This document shows positions 37,277 to 47,517 of a stretch of DNA of 53,506 bases, piece by piece. Every line of letters begins with the position of its first letter. Within the stretch, counting starts at the first letter, position 1. The position numbers and the translations under genes are program-made. The notes beneath the pieces are model-generated. The model saw nothing but the letters and a program-made list of their open reading frames with translations. It did not search any database and was not told where the DNA came from. The stretch covers positions 1 through 53,506 of the forward strand of contig DYOW01000004.1 of NCBI GenBank assembly GCA_020720325.1, in the 5' to 3' direction. The DNA comes from Desulfobulbus propionicus. Its GTDB lineage: Bacteria; Desulfobacterota; Dissulfuribacteria; Dissulfuribacterales; DYOW01.

Positions 37277-38413
37277 TTACCCCGCAAAAACCCTTTTATT
37301 TCTACTTCCTATAAGACATAACAACTCATAACTTATTGTCCCTGCCTTATGGGAAAGCTCATCTATGGTTATTTCTTCTTCACCCTGTTTTCCTATAATA
37401 ACCACCTCATCACCAATATCAGCTTCAGGCGCGCTGCTTAAATCTACCATTATTGCCTTCATGCAGACCCTTCCTATTACAGGACATCTTTTTCCCCTTA
37501 CGAGCGTCTCTGCATTATTTGAAAGAGACCTCATAAAACCGTCATCATAACCAATTGGGATAACCCCAATCTTTGTTTCACCCATTGCTGGATTGTCACA
37601 CCCATAGCTTACTGAAATTCCCTGGCTGACAGGTTTTGTTTCAACAATATGGCTTTTAAATTCCATCACCGGTTTTAATTGCAGGAGATTTTTTAATTCC
37701 AGAGAGGGATATATGCCGTAGATAGCAATTCCCGGTCTTATAAGGTTGTAATGGGCCCTTTTAAAATTAATAAAACCTGATGAATTTGTAAGATGGATAA
37801 ATTCGGGCTTCCAGCCTGTCTTTGACAAATCCCTGATAAATTCATCAAAAAAATCAATCTGTCTGTTTGTTTCTATTTCATTTGAATCAGCGCAGGGCAG
37901 ATGGGAATAAAGACCTGAAAAAAACAAATTTTCCCATTTATTTCTGTTTTTTATAATTTCTTTTAACTCATCAGGATAGAATCCAAAACGAGACATGCCA
38001 ACATCAACCTTCAGATGTGCCTCAAATACCCTGTTATGTGCGCTTGCAAGATTATTCAGGGTATTAAGCATTTTTATATTAGTAATCCCAAAAATCAAAC
38101 CCTCTGGCATTTCCATCAAAGACATGCCGGGATATACCCCGGAAAGAAGGAAAATCTTTGATTTTATATTATTCTTTCGTAATTTTTGCGCCTCTATAAG
38201 GTCAAAGACAGCAAGTCCCCATATCCCTTCTTCCTCAAGAATCCTGCTTACCTCTGTTATGCCATGACCATATGCATCGGATTTTACCACAGGAAGCATT
38301 TCCACATGGTTCCCGATAAATCTCTTTATCTCCCTGATATTTAATCTTAGAGCCTTTAAATCAACACTTACAATATTTAAATCCCTGAATGAACTATTTT
38401 CCAAATGCTGCAA
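37277..38413 (-). CDS. alr: Alanine racemase
   Basis: PLP-lysine motif VVKSDAYGHG and a C-terminal RVCMKAIMVD-like motif. Confidence 0.85.
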   Translation of the reverse strand: MQHLENSSFRDLNIVSVDLKALRLNIREIKRFIGNHVEMLPVVKSDAYGHGITEVSRILEEEGIWGLAVFDLIEAQKLRKNNIKSKIFLLSGVYPGMSLMEMPEGLIFGITNIKMLNTLNNLASAHNRVFEAHLKVDVGMSRFGFYPDELKEIIKNRNKWENLFFSGLYSHLPCADSNEIETNRQIDFFDEFIRDLSKTGWKPEFIHLTNSSGFINFKRAHYNLIRPGIAIYGIYPSLELKNLLQLKPVMEFKSHIVETKPVSQGISVSYGCDNPAMGETKIGVIPIGYDDGFMRSLSNNAETLVRGKRCPVIGRVCMKAIMVDLSSAPEADIGDEVVIIGKQGEEEITIDELSHKAGTISYELLCLIGSRNKRVFAG

Positions 38414-39308
38414 TTATACAAATCCCCAAAATCATTAATATTGAACCTAAAAACCTGTAAAAAATATTTTCTTCTTTGAACAAAAATTTTCCGTAAAATA
38501 TAGTAAATATAACATTGGTTCTTTTAACTGCAATCATATAGGCTGCATTAACCATACTTATGGCAAGAGAATGTGTCACTATCATTATTGAGGTTATAAT
38601 GCCGTTTAAAAGCCATGCCCATATTATACCTTTAAATCCGGGAAAAACACTGTTAATCCTCTCTTTAAAAGAACCCTTTGAAATAAGAAAAAAAACAGGG
38701 GGAATTATCAAACCAAGAACAATATAATAAAAACAGCTGAAAAAAACCGGTTCGGATAAAAGAATCACCTTTTTGCCAAGAGAGGCGCTTATGCTGTATA
38801 TAAATGCAACAATTAACATATAAACACAGCCTTTTTCATGAAAAATTACCTTGAAAGGTCTTAATAATCCCTTATTAATATCCTGTAAATTAAGGAGATA
38901 AGCCCCAACAACCACACAAAAAATACCAGCCATACCTGCAAGGTTAATTTTTTCACCCAGAATAATCCAGCCTGTTACAATCATAAAAACAGGTGTAAAT
39001 GAAAGGAAGGGAACTGTTAATGATATAGGAGAAAATTTAAGGGCTAACATATAGAAATAATAGGCGGTTATTTCAAAGGGCAGCATAATTAAAACAGTTT
39101 TATAAAACTCAGGGCTTAGTTCCGGGATTGGAATAAAGAATAAAAGCGCAAGGAGAATGGGAACTGCGGAAGTGGCGCTTAAGAAAACCATCTGATATGG
39201 CGTAAATCTTTGAAATTTGGACTTTATTACAGCATCGCCTGATGCATGGAAAAAAGCAGATAAAAGGGAAAGGGGAAGCCATAATAGCCCCCCTGTTAAA
39301 AAATTCAA
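38394..39308 (-). CDS. EamA/DMT-family transporter
   Basis: About ten hydrophobic helices arranged as two EamA-like halves. Confidence 0.65.
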   Translation of the reverse strand: MNFLTGGLLWLPLSLLSAFFHASGDAVIKSKFQRFTPYQMVFLSATSAVPILLALLFFIPIPELSPEFYKTVLIMLPFEITAYYFYMLALKFSPISLTVPFLSFTPVFMIVTGWIILGEKINLAGMAGIFCVVVGAYLLNLQDINKGLLRPFKVIFHEKGCVYMLIVAFIYSISASLGKKVILLSEPVFFSCFYYIVLGLIIPPVFFLISKGSFKERINSVFPGFKGIIWAWLLNGIITSIMIVTHSLAISMVNAAYMIAVKRTNVIFTIFYGKFLFKEENIFYRFLGSILMILGICIIAAFGK

Positions 39309-39325
39309 ACTAAAACCTTTTTAAT

Positions 39326-40171
39326 TTATACCCTTCTTAATTCCATTAATCTCCTCACCCTTTCCTCAATGGGTGGATGGGTGCTGAAAAGATTTTGGAT
39401 AAAGCCTGATTTTAATGGATTTATTATATACATCTGAGCTGTGGCAGGATTAACATTCATAGGAAGCTGATGAGCCCACATATCTATTTTTTTAAGGGCA
39501 GACGCAAGATTTTGAGGCCTTCCGGATATCTGTGCGCCTGTCTGATCAGCAAGATATTCCCTGCTTCTTGATATTGCCATCTGAATAAGCATAGCAGCAA
39601 TTGGGGCAACAATTATCATAATAATTGCGGCAAAATTATTTCCGCCTCCGTCTTCATCATCACTGGCGCCAAATAACATTGCCCATTGAGCCATAGTGGT
39701 GATTGAACTAATTGCTCCCGCAATCATAGCCGCAATGGAAGAAATAAGAATATCCCTGTTTTTTATATGGGCAAGCTCATGGGCAAGAACGCCCTCTACC
39801 TCTTCCCTATCAAGAAGATTCATAAGTCCCCTTGTGACGGCAACAGCGGCATTTTGGGGATTTCTTCCTGTTGCAAAGGCGTTAGGAGACTCATCAGGTA
39901 TAAAATATACCTTTGGTTTTGGTATTCCAGCATTTCTGGCAAGATATGATATTGTCTGATGGAGTCCCGGGGCTTCAAGCTCATTTATAGGAACAGCGCC
40001 GCTCATCTTAAGGGCAATTGAGCCGCTGAACCAGTAAGCGACAAAATTCATTATTATTGCAATTATTAATGCCACATACATACCTGTTTTCCCAGCAAGG
40101 ACCTGCCCAACCACCATAAAAAGGGCAGTAAGCGCCGCAAGGAATATAAAAGTCTTAAACATATTTGTCAT
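39326..40171 (-). CDS. htpX: Zinc metalloprotease HtpX
   Basis: HELAHIKNRD motif, four TM helices, C-terminal STHPPIEERV. Confidence 0.9.
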   Translation of the reverse strand: MTNMFKTFIFLAALTALFMVVGQVLAGKTGMYVALIIAIIMNFVAYWFSGSIALKMSGAVPINELEAPGLHQTISYLARNAGIPKPKVYFIPDESPNAFATGRNPQNAAVAVTRGLMNLLDREEVEGVLAHELAHIKNRDILISSIAAMIAGAISSITTMAQWAMLFGASDDEDGGGNNFAAIIMIIVAPIAAMLIQMAISRSREYLADQTGAQISGRPQNLASALKKIDMWAHQLPMNVNPATAQMYIINPLKSGFIQNLFSTHPPIEERVRRLMELRRV

Positions 40172-40257
40172 TCTTTTTTTCTCCTGAAGGTTAATTGAAA
40201 TTTCTATTTAAATTTTATCATTATTTTAAAAATTTCAAGTGAAATTCTGGATTCATT

Positions 40258-41265
40258 CTATTCAGTCATTATCTTGGTCGCCATCTCCACATCCTTTTTG
40301 CTTCCAATAAAAAGAGGTGTTCTTACATGAAGGGATTCTGCCTTGATATCAAGTATCCTCTGTTTGCCATCTGTGGCAGCTCCTCCTGCCTGTTCCACCA
40401 CAAAAGAAAGCGGGGCAGCCTCGCATAATAATCTTAACTTTCCTTTAGGCTTTGAAGGATCTTTTTTGTCCGCTGGATACATAAAAATGCCGCCGTCAAA
40501 GAGATTTCTGTGAAAATCTGCCACAAGAGAGCCAATATAACGCGCATTATATGGCTTGCCCCTTAAATTTTCAGATGATTTGAAATAATTAACCGCCTTT
40601 TTTATTCTTTCATCCCAGTACATAAGATTGGATTCATTTATAGAATAGGTTCTTCCTGTTTCCCTGATAGTAATGTTTGGATGGGAAAGCAAAAACTCAC
40701 CCACTGAAGGGTCAAGGGTAAATCCGTGAACACCCTCGCCTGTTGTATAAACAAGCATTGTGCTTGTGCCGTAAAGAAAATAGCCCGCTGAAACCTGTTC
40801 ATAACCTTTTCTTAAAAAATCTTCGGTGGCGCACTCGGTTCCTTCGGTTATTTTCCTGTAAATTGAAAAAATTGTGCCAATATTAACATTAACATCTATA
40901 TTGGTTGAACCATCAAGAGGGTCAAATATTATGAGGTAGCTTCCCTTTGGCAAATCATCGGGCACTTCAATAATATCCGCGTTTTCTTCTGATGAAACAG
41001 CGCAGATAACCCCAGACCTCTGCATCCTGTAAATCAAAACCTGATTTGCAAACACATCAAGTTTTCTTACTTTTTCACCCTGAATATTCACATCCCCCGT
41101 CATTCCGAGAATATCTACAAGCCCTGCCTTTCTCACTTCCCTTTCTATAATTTTTGCGGAAAAAATAAGCTCTGTAATAAGTCTTGTCAGCTGACCAGTT
41201 GCATAAGGGTTTTCTTTCTGATGTATCAAAAGATGTTCTGTCACAGTAATTCCAAAACTTTCCAT
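40258..41265 (-). CDS. fbp: Class 1 fructose-1,6-bisphosphatase
   Basis: [26 protein letters not shown] and GGIFMYP motifs. Confidence 0.9.
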   Translation of the reverse strand: MESFGITVTEHLLIHQKENPYATGQLTRLITELIFSAKIIEREVRKAGLVDILGMTGDVNIQGEKVRKLDVFANQVLIYRMQRSGVICAVSSEENADIIEVPDDLPKGSYLIIFDPLDGSTNIDVNVNIGTIFSIYRKITEGTECATEDFLRKGYEQVSAGYFLYGTSTMLVYTTGEGVHGFTLDPSVGEFLLSHPNITIRETGRTYSINESNLMYWDERIKKAVNYFKSSENLRGKPYNARYIGSLVADFHRNLFDGGIFMYPADKKDPSKPKGKLRLLCEAAPLSFVVEQAGGAATDGKQRILDIKAESLHVRTPLFIGSKKDVEMATKIMTE

Positions 41266-41449
41266 GTATGCCCCCTTAAAAAAATTTATAATTTGATGTT
41301 TTTATTATTGTTAGCTATTGCCTTATAGCTATTCATTAGAAAATCAGAATATTATCATATATTATAAACAAAAAAAATATAATGTCATTATTATTAACCA
41401 TTTTTAAAGTTCTTTACGCGCAGGGCGCTTTTTAAGAATTCTAAAATTT

Positions 41450-41518
41450 AATGTTACCTCCTCATTAAAAATGTTACTAAAATGTTAAGACATATTTCCT
41501 TTTGCACAAATAATGTTA
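41450..41518 (+). promoter_or_regulatory. Four phased AATGTTA direct repeats upstream of nrfH
   Basis: AATGTTA starts at 41450, 41470, 41481 and 41512. The spacings of 20, 11 and 31 bp are near multiples of one helical turn. The last copy is about 60 nt upstream of the nrfH start. Confidence 0.35.
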
Positions 41519-41575
41519 AATTTATTATTAAATTATTTTTATAAAGCAAAAATAAAAAAAGGAGGTATCGTAATC

Positions 41576-42025
41576 TTGAAAAAAATTCTGTTAATTTTTC
41601 TGTTAATTGGTCTGATTGGGGCTATTTCAGGATTTTTCATCGCATTTGGCCCGCCAAAATTAATGGCAAAAACAAGCTCCCCTGAATACTGCGCAAGTTG
41701 CCATGTCATGCAATCCCAATACGAAGACTGGTTTCATTCAGGCGCGCACAAAAAGGCAAAATGTGTGGACTGTCACCTCCCAAACAATAACAAAACAGCG
41801 CATTATATCTGGAAATCCATTGACGGCTTAAAAGATGTTCTTGTCTTTTATTCAGGAAACACCCCTGAAAACATTAAACTTACAAACAGAGGTAAAAATG
41901 TCCTTCAGGCAAACTGTATTAAATGCCATGACACAACAGTTGAACATATTGACCAGCAAAGAAACTGCTGGGATTGCCACAGAAGGGTTCAGCACAAACA
42001 AACCGGCATAAGGGAAAAAATTTAA
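41576..42025 (+). CDS. nrfH: Membrane-anchored tetrahaem quinol dehydrogenase NrfH (NapC/NirT family)
   Basis: TTG start 8 nt after GGAGG. One TM helix. Four CxxCH motifs (CASCH, CVDCH, CIKCH, CWDCH). Confidence 0.9.
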   Translation: MKKILLIFLLIGLIGAISGFFIAFGPPKLMAKTSSPEYCASCHVMQSQYEDWFHSGAHKKAKCVDCHLPNNNKTAHYIWKSIDGLKDVLVFYSGNTPENIKLTNRGKNVLQANCIKCHDTTVEHIDQQRNCWDCHRRVQHKQTGIREKI

Positions 42026-42059
42026 TTTAAAAATAAAAAAATCAACAAGGAGGAATTTT

Positions 42060-43535
42060 ATGAAACAAAAAACACCTGCGACAAAATTTTTTGGCTTGAT
42101 CATGATTATGGCATTTTTTTCTTTAATCTTAACAGGATGTCAGGAACCACCAAAAACTGAAATGGTAAAAACAGTTCAAATACCCGAAGGTGAAATTGAT
42201 CCAACAGCATGGGGCAAGGCTTATCCCATTGAATACGACCTCTGGAAAAAAACAGAGCAACCCCTGCCTGCAGGAAAAAGCAAATATAAAAAAGGATTTG
42301 ACGCTGACCACATAACATATGACAAACTCTCAGAATTTCCTTACATGGCGCTTTTATATAACGGATGGGGATTTGGAATAGGCTACAATGAGCCAAGGGG
42401 ACATGCCTTTATGGTCAGAGACCAGCTTGAAATTGATTCCTCCCGTGTAAAATCAGGCGGCGCATGTCTTACATGTAAAACTCCATATTTCAACAAACTT
42501 GAAAGGGAACTTGGCGAGGGATATTATAAAGGAGATTACAAAGCAGTTGTAGATAAAATTCCTGAACACAACAGAAATTTAGGAGTCGCCTGCATTGATT
42601 GTCATAACAGCAAAGACATGAGCCTTCAGCTAAGCCGTGAGATAACCCTTGGAAAGGCAATGAAAGCCATGAATGTGGACAGAAGCCAGATAACCCGTCA
42701 GGATATGAGAAGCCTTGTATGCGCTCAATGTCATGTCACCTATATTATGGCAAGGGATAAAGATATGAAAGTCACAGAGGTATTCTTTCCATGGAAGGAA
42801 GGAAAATGGCCCAAAATCTCTGTTGAAGACATTATAAAGGTTATAAGAAGCAGCGAGTCTCATAACGAATGGAAACAGGCAGTCACAGGCTTTAAGGTTG
42901 GCTATATAAGACATCCCGAATTTGAGCTTTACGCCTATGACAGCATACATTATAAAGCGGGTGTTTCATGCGCTGACTGCCACATGCCCTATACAAAAGT
43001 GGGAACATCCAAGGTTTCTGACCACAGGGTTGCTAGCCCTTTAAAATCAGACTTAAAAGCATGCTCCCAGTGTCATGCCGAAGGACCTGAATGGCTGAGG
43101 GAACAGGTGTTTAATATCCAGGACAGAACTGTGTCAATGATGATAAGATCCGGTTATGCCAATGCAACAACAGCAAAACTCTTTGAAAAGGTTCATAATG
43201 TTCAAAAAGAGGGTAAAACCATTGATATGGAGCTTTATAATCAGGCTAAAGACTACTATCTTGAAGGTTTCTACCGCACAGTGTTTGTAGGGGCAGAAAA
43301 CTCAATTGGTTTTCACAATCCTCCTGAAGCAATACGCATACTTGGAGATTCCGTTGCTTTTGCAATGAAGGCAGAGTCACTTTTAAGACAGGCTCTTACA
43401 AAGGCTGGTGTGGAAGTTCCTATTAAAGTGGATCTTGAACTTATGAAATATGTAGATGAAAGAGGAAAAGACAAGGTTAAATTCAAACCAGAACAGGAAT
43501 TTAAAGACCCGTTTAATCTTCAGGTAAAATTCTAA
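42060..43535 (+). CDS. nrfA: Pentahaem cytochrome c nitrite reductase (ammonia-forming) NrfA
   Basis: Diagnostic CxxCK (CLTCK) plus four CxxCH (CIDCH, CAQCH, CADCH, CSQCH). Signal/lipobox-like N-terminus. Confidence 0.95.
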   Translation: MKQKTPATKFFGLIMIMAFFSLILTGCQEPPKTEMVKTVQIPEGEIDPTAWGKAYPIEYDLWKKTEQPLPAGKSKYKKGFDADHITYDKLSEFPYMALLYNGWGFGIGYNEPRGHAFMVRDQLEIDSSRVKSGGACLTCKTPYFNKLERELGEGYYKGDYKAVVDKIPEHNRNLGVACIDCHNSKDMSLQLSREITLGKAMKAMNVDRSQITRQDMRSLVCAQCHVTYIMARDKDMKVTEVFFPWKEGKWPKISVEDIIKVIRSSESHNEWKQAVTGFKVGYIRHPEFELYAYDSIHYKAGVSCADCHMPYTKVGTSKVSDHRVASPLKSDLKACSQCHAEGPEWLREQVFNIQDRTVSMMIRSGYANATTAKLFEKVHNVQKEGKTIDMELYNQAKDYYLEGFYRTVFVGAENSIGFHNPPEAIRILGDSVAFAMKAESLLRQALTKAGVEVPIKVDLELMKYVDERGKDKVKFKPEQEFKDPFNLQVKF

Positions 43536-43557
43536 AAAATATTTTTTTCTTCACAGG

Positions 43558-43586
43558 GCGCCTCTGATATATAGAGGCGCTTTTTT
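43558..43586 (+). terminator. Rho-independent terminator after nrfA
   Basis: GCGCCTCT / AGAGGCGC stem followed by TTTTTT. Confidence 0.8.
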
Positions 43587-43680
43587 ACAATTTTTATCAT
43601 TTTTTAAAAAATTATGATAAAAAAAGGCTTTAACTAATTAACTAATTATCATAGTATAACTTTATATTAAGGAGCCTTTT

Positions 43681-44061
43681 ATGAAAGTTTTTATACTTAT
43701 AATTTCCATTCTCTTTTTACAATTCACCTTATCATTCGCTGTTGAGCCAACAAAAAATTATTCTAAAACCTCAAAAAAATTTACTTCCAGCCATCCAAAA
43801 CTATCTGAACAGGAAAAACTCATTGACTGCGCAGACTGCCACAAGAATTCCACACCCAAAATACATAATGAGTGGTATGAGTCCACCCATGGTATTTCAA
43901 ATGTCAAATGTTATCTCTGTCACGGCACTTTTGAAAACATGAAAAAAATTCCTGACCTATCCAACTGTGCTGTCTGCCATAAAGGAGCGTTTGAACATTC
44001 CGGTGGAAAAAAATGCTGGGAATGTCATAAGGCTCATGGTTTCAAGGCTGATAAAAAATAA
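43681..44061 (+). CDS. napM: Small periplasmic tetrahaem cytochrome c (NapM-like)
   Basis: Signal peptide. Four CxxCH motifs in 126 aa (CADCH, CYLCH, CAVCH, CWECH). Located immediately upstream of napA, as in the Desulfovibrio-type napCMADGH cluster. Confidence 0.7.
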   Translation: MKVFILIISILFLQFTLSFAVEPTKNYSKTSKKFTSSHPKLSEQEKLIDCADCHKNSTPKIHNEWYESTHGISNVKCYLCHGTFENMKKIPDLSNCAVCHKGAFEHSGGKKCWECHKAHGFKADKK

Positions 44062-44079
44062 AAACAGGGAGATAATAAT

Positions 44080-46476
44080 ATGAATATATCAAGAAGAGAT
44101 TTTATAAAAAAAACCGCGGCTTTAACCGCCGCATCATGCGCAGGAATAACCATTCCCCTTTCAATTTGCAACGAGGCAAAGGCAGAAGAGGCTGATAAAT
44201 GGGTGCGAGGAACATGCAGGCTTTGTGGAGCCGGATGCAGGCTTGAGCTTGGTGTAAAAAATGGAAGGGCTGTTGCTTTGAGAGGTGTTACAGAATCAAG
44301 GACAAACCTTGGTTATGTCTGCATGAAAGGAATGCTTTTTTATAAAATTATAGGACACCCCGAAAGACTTACAAAACCTCTTTACAGGGAGAAAAAAAAC
44401 CAGAAATTCAAGGAAATATCATGGGATAAGGCTTTGGACATCGCAGCAAAGGAATTTGCAAAAACAGCCAAAACATACGGCTATGATTCTGTAGCCTATT
44501 ACGGTTCTGGACAGTCACAAACAGAGGAAACCTATCTTTTTCAAAAAATTTTCAGGGTCGCATTACAGACAAATAATGTTGAGGGAAATCCACGCCTTTG
44601 CATGGCAAGCGCTGTGGGCGGATACATGACTTCTTTCGGAGCTGATGAGCCCATTGGTTCATATTCCTTTATAGAAAAGGCAACCTGTTTTTTTATTATC
44701 GGAAGCAATATGGCAGAGGCTCACCCTGTGATATTCAGGCGTGTGATGAGAAGAAAATTAGATAATCCCAAAGATGTCAAGGTAATAAATATTGACCCCA
44801 GAATTTCCCCCACATCCCGTATTGCGGATATCCATCTTCAGTTTAAGCCAGGAACTGACCTTGCCTTGATGAATGCCATGGCACAGGTAATAATTGAAGA
44901 AAAACTTTATGATGAAAAATTTATAAATGATTACTGTTTGTTAAAACAACAGGGTGAAAAAGATGTAAAAAATGTAACCTTTGAAGATTATAAAAAATTT
45001 CTTGAAGATTATACCCCTGAAAAAGCCGCAAAAATATGTGAGGGCAATATCACCCCTGACAAAATAAGAGAAATTGCAAGAATTTTCGCAAAATCAAAGG
45101 CAACGCTTAGTATGTGGTGCATGGGGCTTAACCAGAGAATACGCGGTGTTTGGGCAAATAACCTTGTTCATAACCTTCATTTTATAACAGGACAGCTTTG
45201 TAAGCCAGGCGCTGACAGTTTTTCCATGACAGGACAACCAAATGCCTGCGGAGGAGTAAGGGAAGGTGGCGGATTATGCCATATACTGCCGGGTCACAGG
45301 ACAGTTGATAATGAAAAGATGCGAAATGAGTTGGAAGAAGCGTGGGATATCCCCAAAGGCAGACTTCCGGCAAAAATCGGCTTGCATACCATGGCAATGT
45401 TTTCCGCAGTAAATGAGGGAAAAATAAAGGCAATCTGGATAAACTGCACTAGCCCTGCCCAAAGCCTTCCAAATGCGGACCTTTATAGAAAAGGATTAAA
45501 CAGGGATGATGTGTTTGTTGTATGCACAGATATCTTTCCCACTATAACCACAGAACATGCAAATCTGATACTTCCCACTGCATTTCATTTTGAAAAAACC
45601 GGAGTTTATGGCTGCACCGAAAGAAGGTCACAGATAACCCCAAAGGCAGTGAATCCACCGGGCATGGCAAAACCCGAGGTCTGGATTGCCAGGGAATGGG
45701 CAGTAAGACTTGCAAAAGAACTAAACGACCCTATTGCATTAAAAAGCGTTGAGCCATTTCTTGGACTTGAGGACGGATATGCGCTTCCAAAGGCTATATG
45801 GGACGAATACACGCATAAAACTACAAAAAACAGAGACAATGACCTTTCCGCAGCTTCATATGAAATCCTTCAGGAAATGCCAGACGGTGTTCAATGGCCA
45901 GCATTCACGGCAGACTTTGCCAGAAAGGGCGGAACAGAAATTAAATTTGTCAAGGGCATTGACCCTATGGCTGATAAAGAATCAAAAGATGACAAACCAT
46001 TCCAGTTCTACGGAAGACCTGACAGAAAACTTTATATTTGGTTACGACCATACAAAGGCGCCGCTGAAGAGCCAGACGCGGAATATCCATTTGTGCTTTC
46101 AACAGGAAGAATTATTGACCACTGGCATACTACCAGCATGACAGGAAGGATCACAGAGCTTATGAGGGCAAACCCCTATTCTTTTGTTGAAATAAACCCA
46201 AAAGATGCAGAAAAACTTGGCATAAAACCCAATGATATGGTGGAAATAACATCAAAAAGAGGTAAATGCATAATGCCAGCAAAAATTATTGAAGGTCCCA
46301 TTGAAGGAATGGTGTTTGCCTACTGGCACGATATGCACGATGACAGGATGATAAACAAGGTCACAAAAGACGCCTTTGACCCTGGCTCAAAAGAACCAGA
46401 ATTTAAGATATGCGCCTGTAAAATAAAAAGAGTTTCTGGTCCTGTTCCGCTTAAACCTTATATTGTTACGATATAA
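44080..46476 (+). CDS. napA: Periplasmic nitrate reductase catalytic subunit NapA
   Basis: Tat signal SRRDFIKK. [4Fe-4S] motif CRLCGAGC...C. Molybdopterin oxidoreductase core and a C-terminal MGD-binding barrel. Confidence 0.95.
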   Translation: MNISRRDFIKKTAALTAASCAGITIPLSICNEAKAEEADKWVRGTCRLCGAGCRLELGVKNGRAVALRGVTESRTNLGYVCMKGMLFYKIIGHPERLTKPLYREKKNQKFKEISWDKALDIAAKEFAKTAKTYGYDSVAYYGSGQSQTEETYLFQKIFRVALQTNNVEGNPRLCMASAVGGYMTSFGADEPIGSYSFIEKATCFFIIGSNMAEAHPVIFRRVMRRKLDNPKDVKVINIDPRISPTSRIADIHLQFKPGTDLALMNAMAQVIIEEKLYDEKFINDYCLLKQQGEKDVKNVTFEDYKKFLEDYTPEKAAKICEGNITPDKIREIARIFAKSKATLSMWCMGLNQRIRGVWANNLVHNLHFITGQLCKPGADSFSMTGQPNACGGVREGGGLCHILPGHRTVDNEKMRNELEEAWDIPKGRLPAKIGLHTMAMFSAVNEGKIKAIWINCTSPAQSLPNADLYRKGLNRDDVFVVCTDIFPTITTEHANLILPTAFHFEKTGVYGCTERRSQITPKAVNPPGMAKPEVWIAREWAVRLAKELNDPIALKSVEPFLGLEDGYALPKAIWDEYTHKTTKNRDNDLSAASYEILQEMPDGVQWPAFTADFARKGGTEIKFVKGIDPMADKESKDDKPFQFYGRPDRKLYIWLRPYKGAAEEPDAEYPFVLSTGRIIDHWHTTSMTGRITELMRANPYSFVEINPKDAEKLGIKPNDMVEITSKRGKCIMPAKIIEGPIEGMVFAYWHDMHDDRMINKVTKDAFDPGSKEPEFKICACKIKRVSGPVPLKPYIVTI

Positions 46477-46514
46477 CAGTTTGATATTATTAATTTAGTA
46501 TAGTTTGTGATATG

Positions 46515-46585
46515 AGATTGCTTCGCTTTGCTCGCAATGACAAATCAATTCTGTCATTGCGAGGAACGAAGTGACGAAGCAATCT
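46515..46585. repeat. REP-like long hairpin element, copy B (between napA and napD)
   Basis: AGATTGCTTCG..GCTCGCAATGAC - loop - GTCATTGCGAGGAACGAAGTGACGAAGCAATCT, in the same orientation as 34741-34802. Confidence 0.75.
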
Positions 46586-46655
46586 AAAATTAAAGATTTT
46601 AATATAAATTCTATACTTAATTAATAAAGCCCAAAATTAAAAAAAGGAAATAAAT

Positions 46656-46904
46656 ATGCCAATAGGCGGCTTTGTCATACAAACAGATATAACAAACTGC
46701 AATAATTGCATTAATAAGCTTAAATCAATTAAAAATATTGATATTCATGGCATGAACGAAAAAGGTGATATTGTCATAGTGGTTGATGCCCCTGATTCAA
46801 TTGAAATGGAAAATATCATTAATAATATCTCTAAAATAAACGGAATAAATTCTGTTTTAATGGCTTACATGAATATTGAAGATGAAGCTGAAAGCAATGG
46901 ATGA
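46656..46904 (+). CDS. napD: NapD chaperone
   Basis: 82 aa. Begins IGGFVIQT, with a ferredoxin-like fold pattern. Positioned between napA and napG. Confidence 0.75.
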   Translation: MPIGGFVIQTDITNCNNCINKLKSIKNIDIHGMNEKGDIVIVVDAPDSIEMENIINNISKINGINSVLMAYMNIEDEAESNG

Positions 46905-47517
46905 TTTTAATCTGGAATTTTTTAAAAAAAGAAGGGAAATCATTAAAACGCTAATTATTTCCCCCTTGATTTCTTTATTTTATCCTGTTCATGCCTCTTC
47001 CGGTATTCTAAGTTCGCCAATAGGAACAAACAGATTAAGACCTCCCGGAGCTGTGTCTGAAGAAATATTTGCGGGAAAATGCATAAGATGCGGAAGATGT
47101 GTCGAGGTATGTCCTTATAAATCCATTATCCAGCTTGATATAAAAAACGGTGTTTATGCAGGAACTCCGCTTATAATTGCAGAAAATATTCCCTGCTATC
47201 TGTGCATGAAATGCGTGGAGGTCTGCCCCACAGGCACATTAAGGAAAATAAAGCAGGAAGAAACCCGTATGGGGCTTGCGGTTATAAACAAGCATGTGTG
47301 TGTCACCTGGAAGGGAGAGACAATCTGCAGAACCTGCTATAATGTGTGTCTTTTTAAGGATAAGGCAATAAGGCTTGATGAACTCAGACCTGTGATAGAT
47401 GAGAAATTCTGCGCTGGCTGCGGTTTATGTGTCCACGGCTGCCCTGTTTCATATAAAGATAATCTAAAGGCAATTAATATAGAGCCAATCTATTCACAAA
47501 ATGGAAAATCAGAATAA
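46897..47517 (+). CDS. napG: Ferredoxin-type protein NapG (4x [4Fe-4S])
   Basis: RR-containing signal (FKKRREIIKTL). Motifs CIRCGRCVEVCP, CYLCMKCVEVCP and CAGCGLCVHGCP, plus a fourth Cys cluster. The ATG at 46897 overlaps the napD stop (ATGGATGA). The ORF track offers an alternative start at 46876. Confidence 0.8.
   Translation: MDDFNLEFFKKRREIIKTLIISPLISLFYPVHASSGILSSPIGTNRLRPPGAVSEEIFAGKCIRCGRCVEVCPYKSIIQLDIKNGVYAGTPLIIAENIPCYLCMKCVEVCPTGTLRKIKQEETRMGLAVINKHVCVTWKGETICRTCYNVCLFKDKAIRLDELRPVIDEKFCAGCGLCVHGCPVSYKDNLKAINIEPIYSQNGKSE

Noticed and set aside
41417-41435. GCGCAGGGCGC followed by TTTTT, considered as a terminator upstream of nrfH
   Set aside because: The stem is only 3-4 bp, and no upstream gene reads in that direction, since fbp is on the minus strand and diverges from it.
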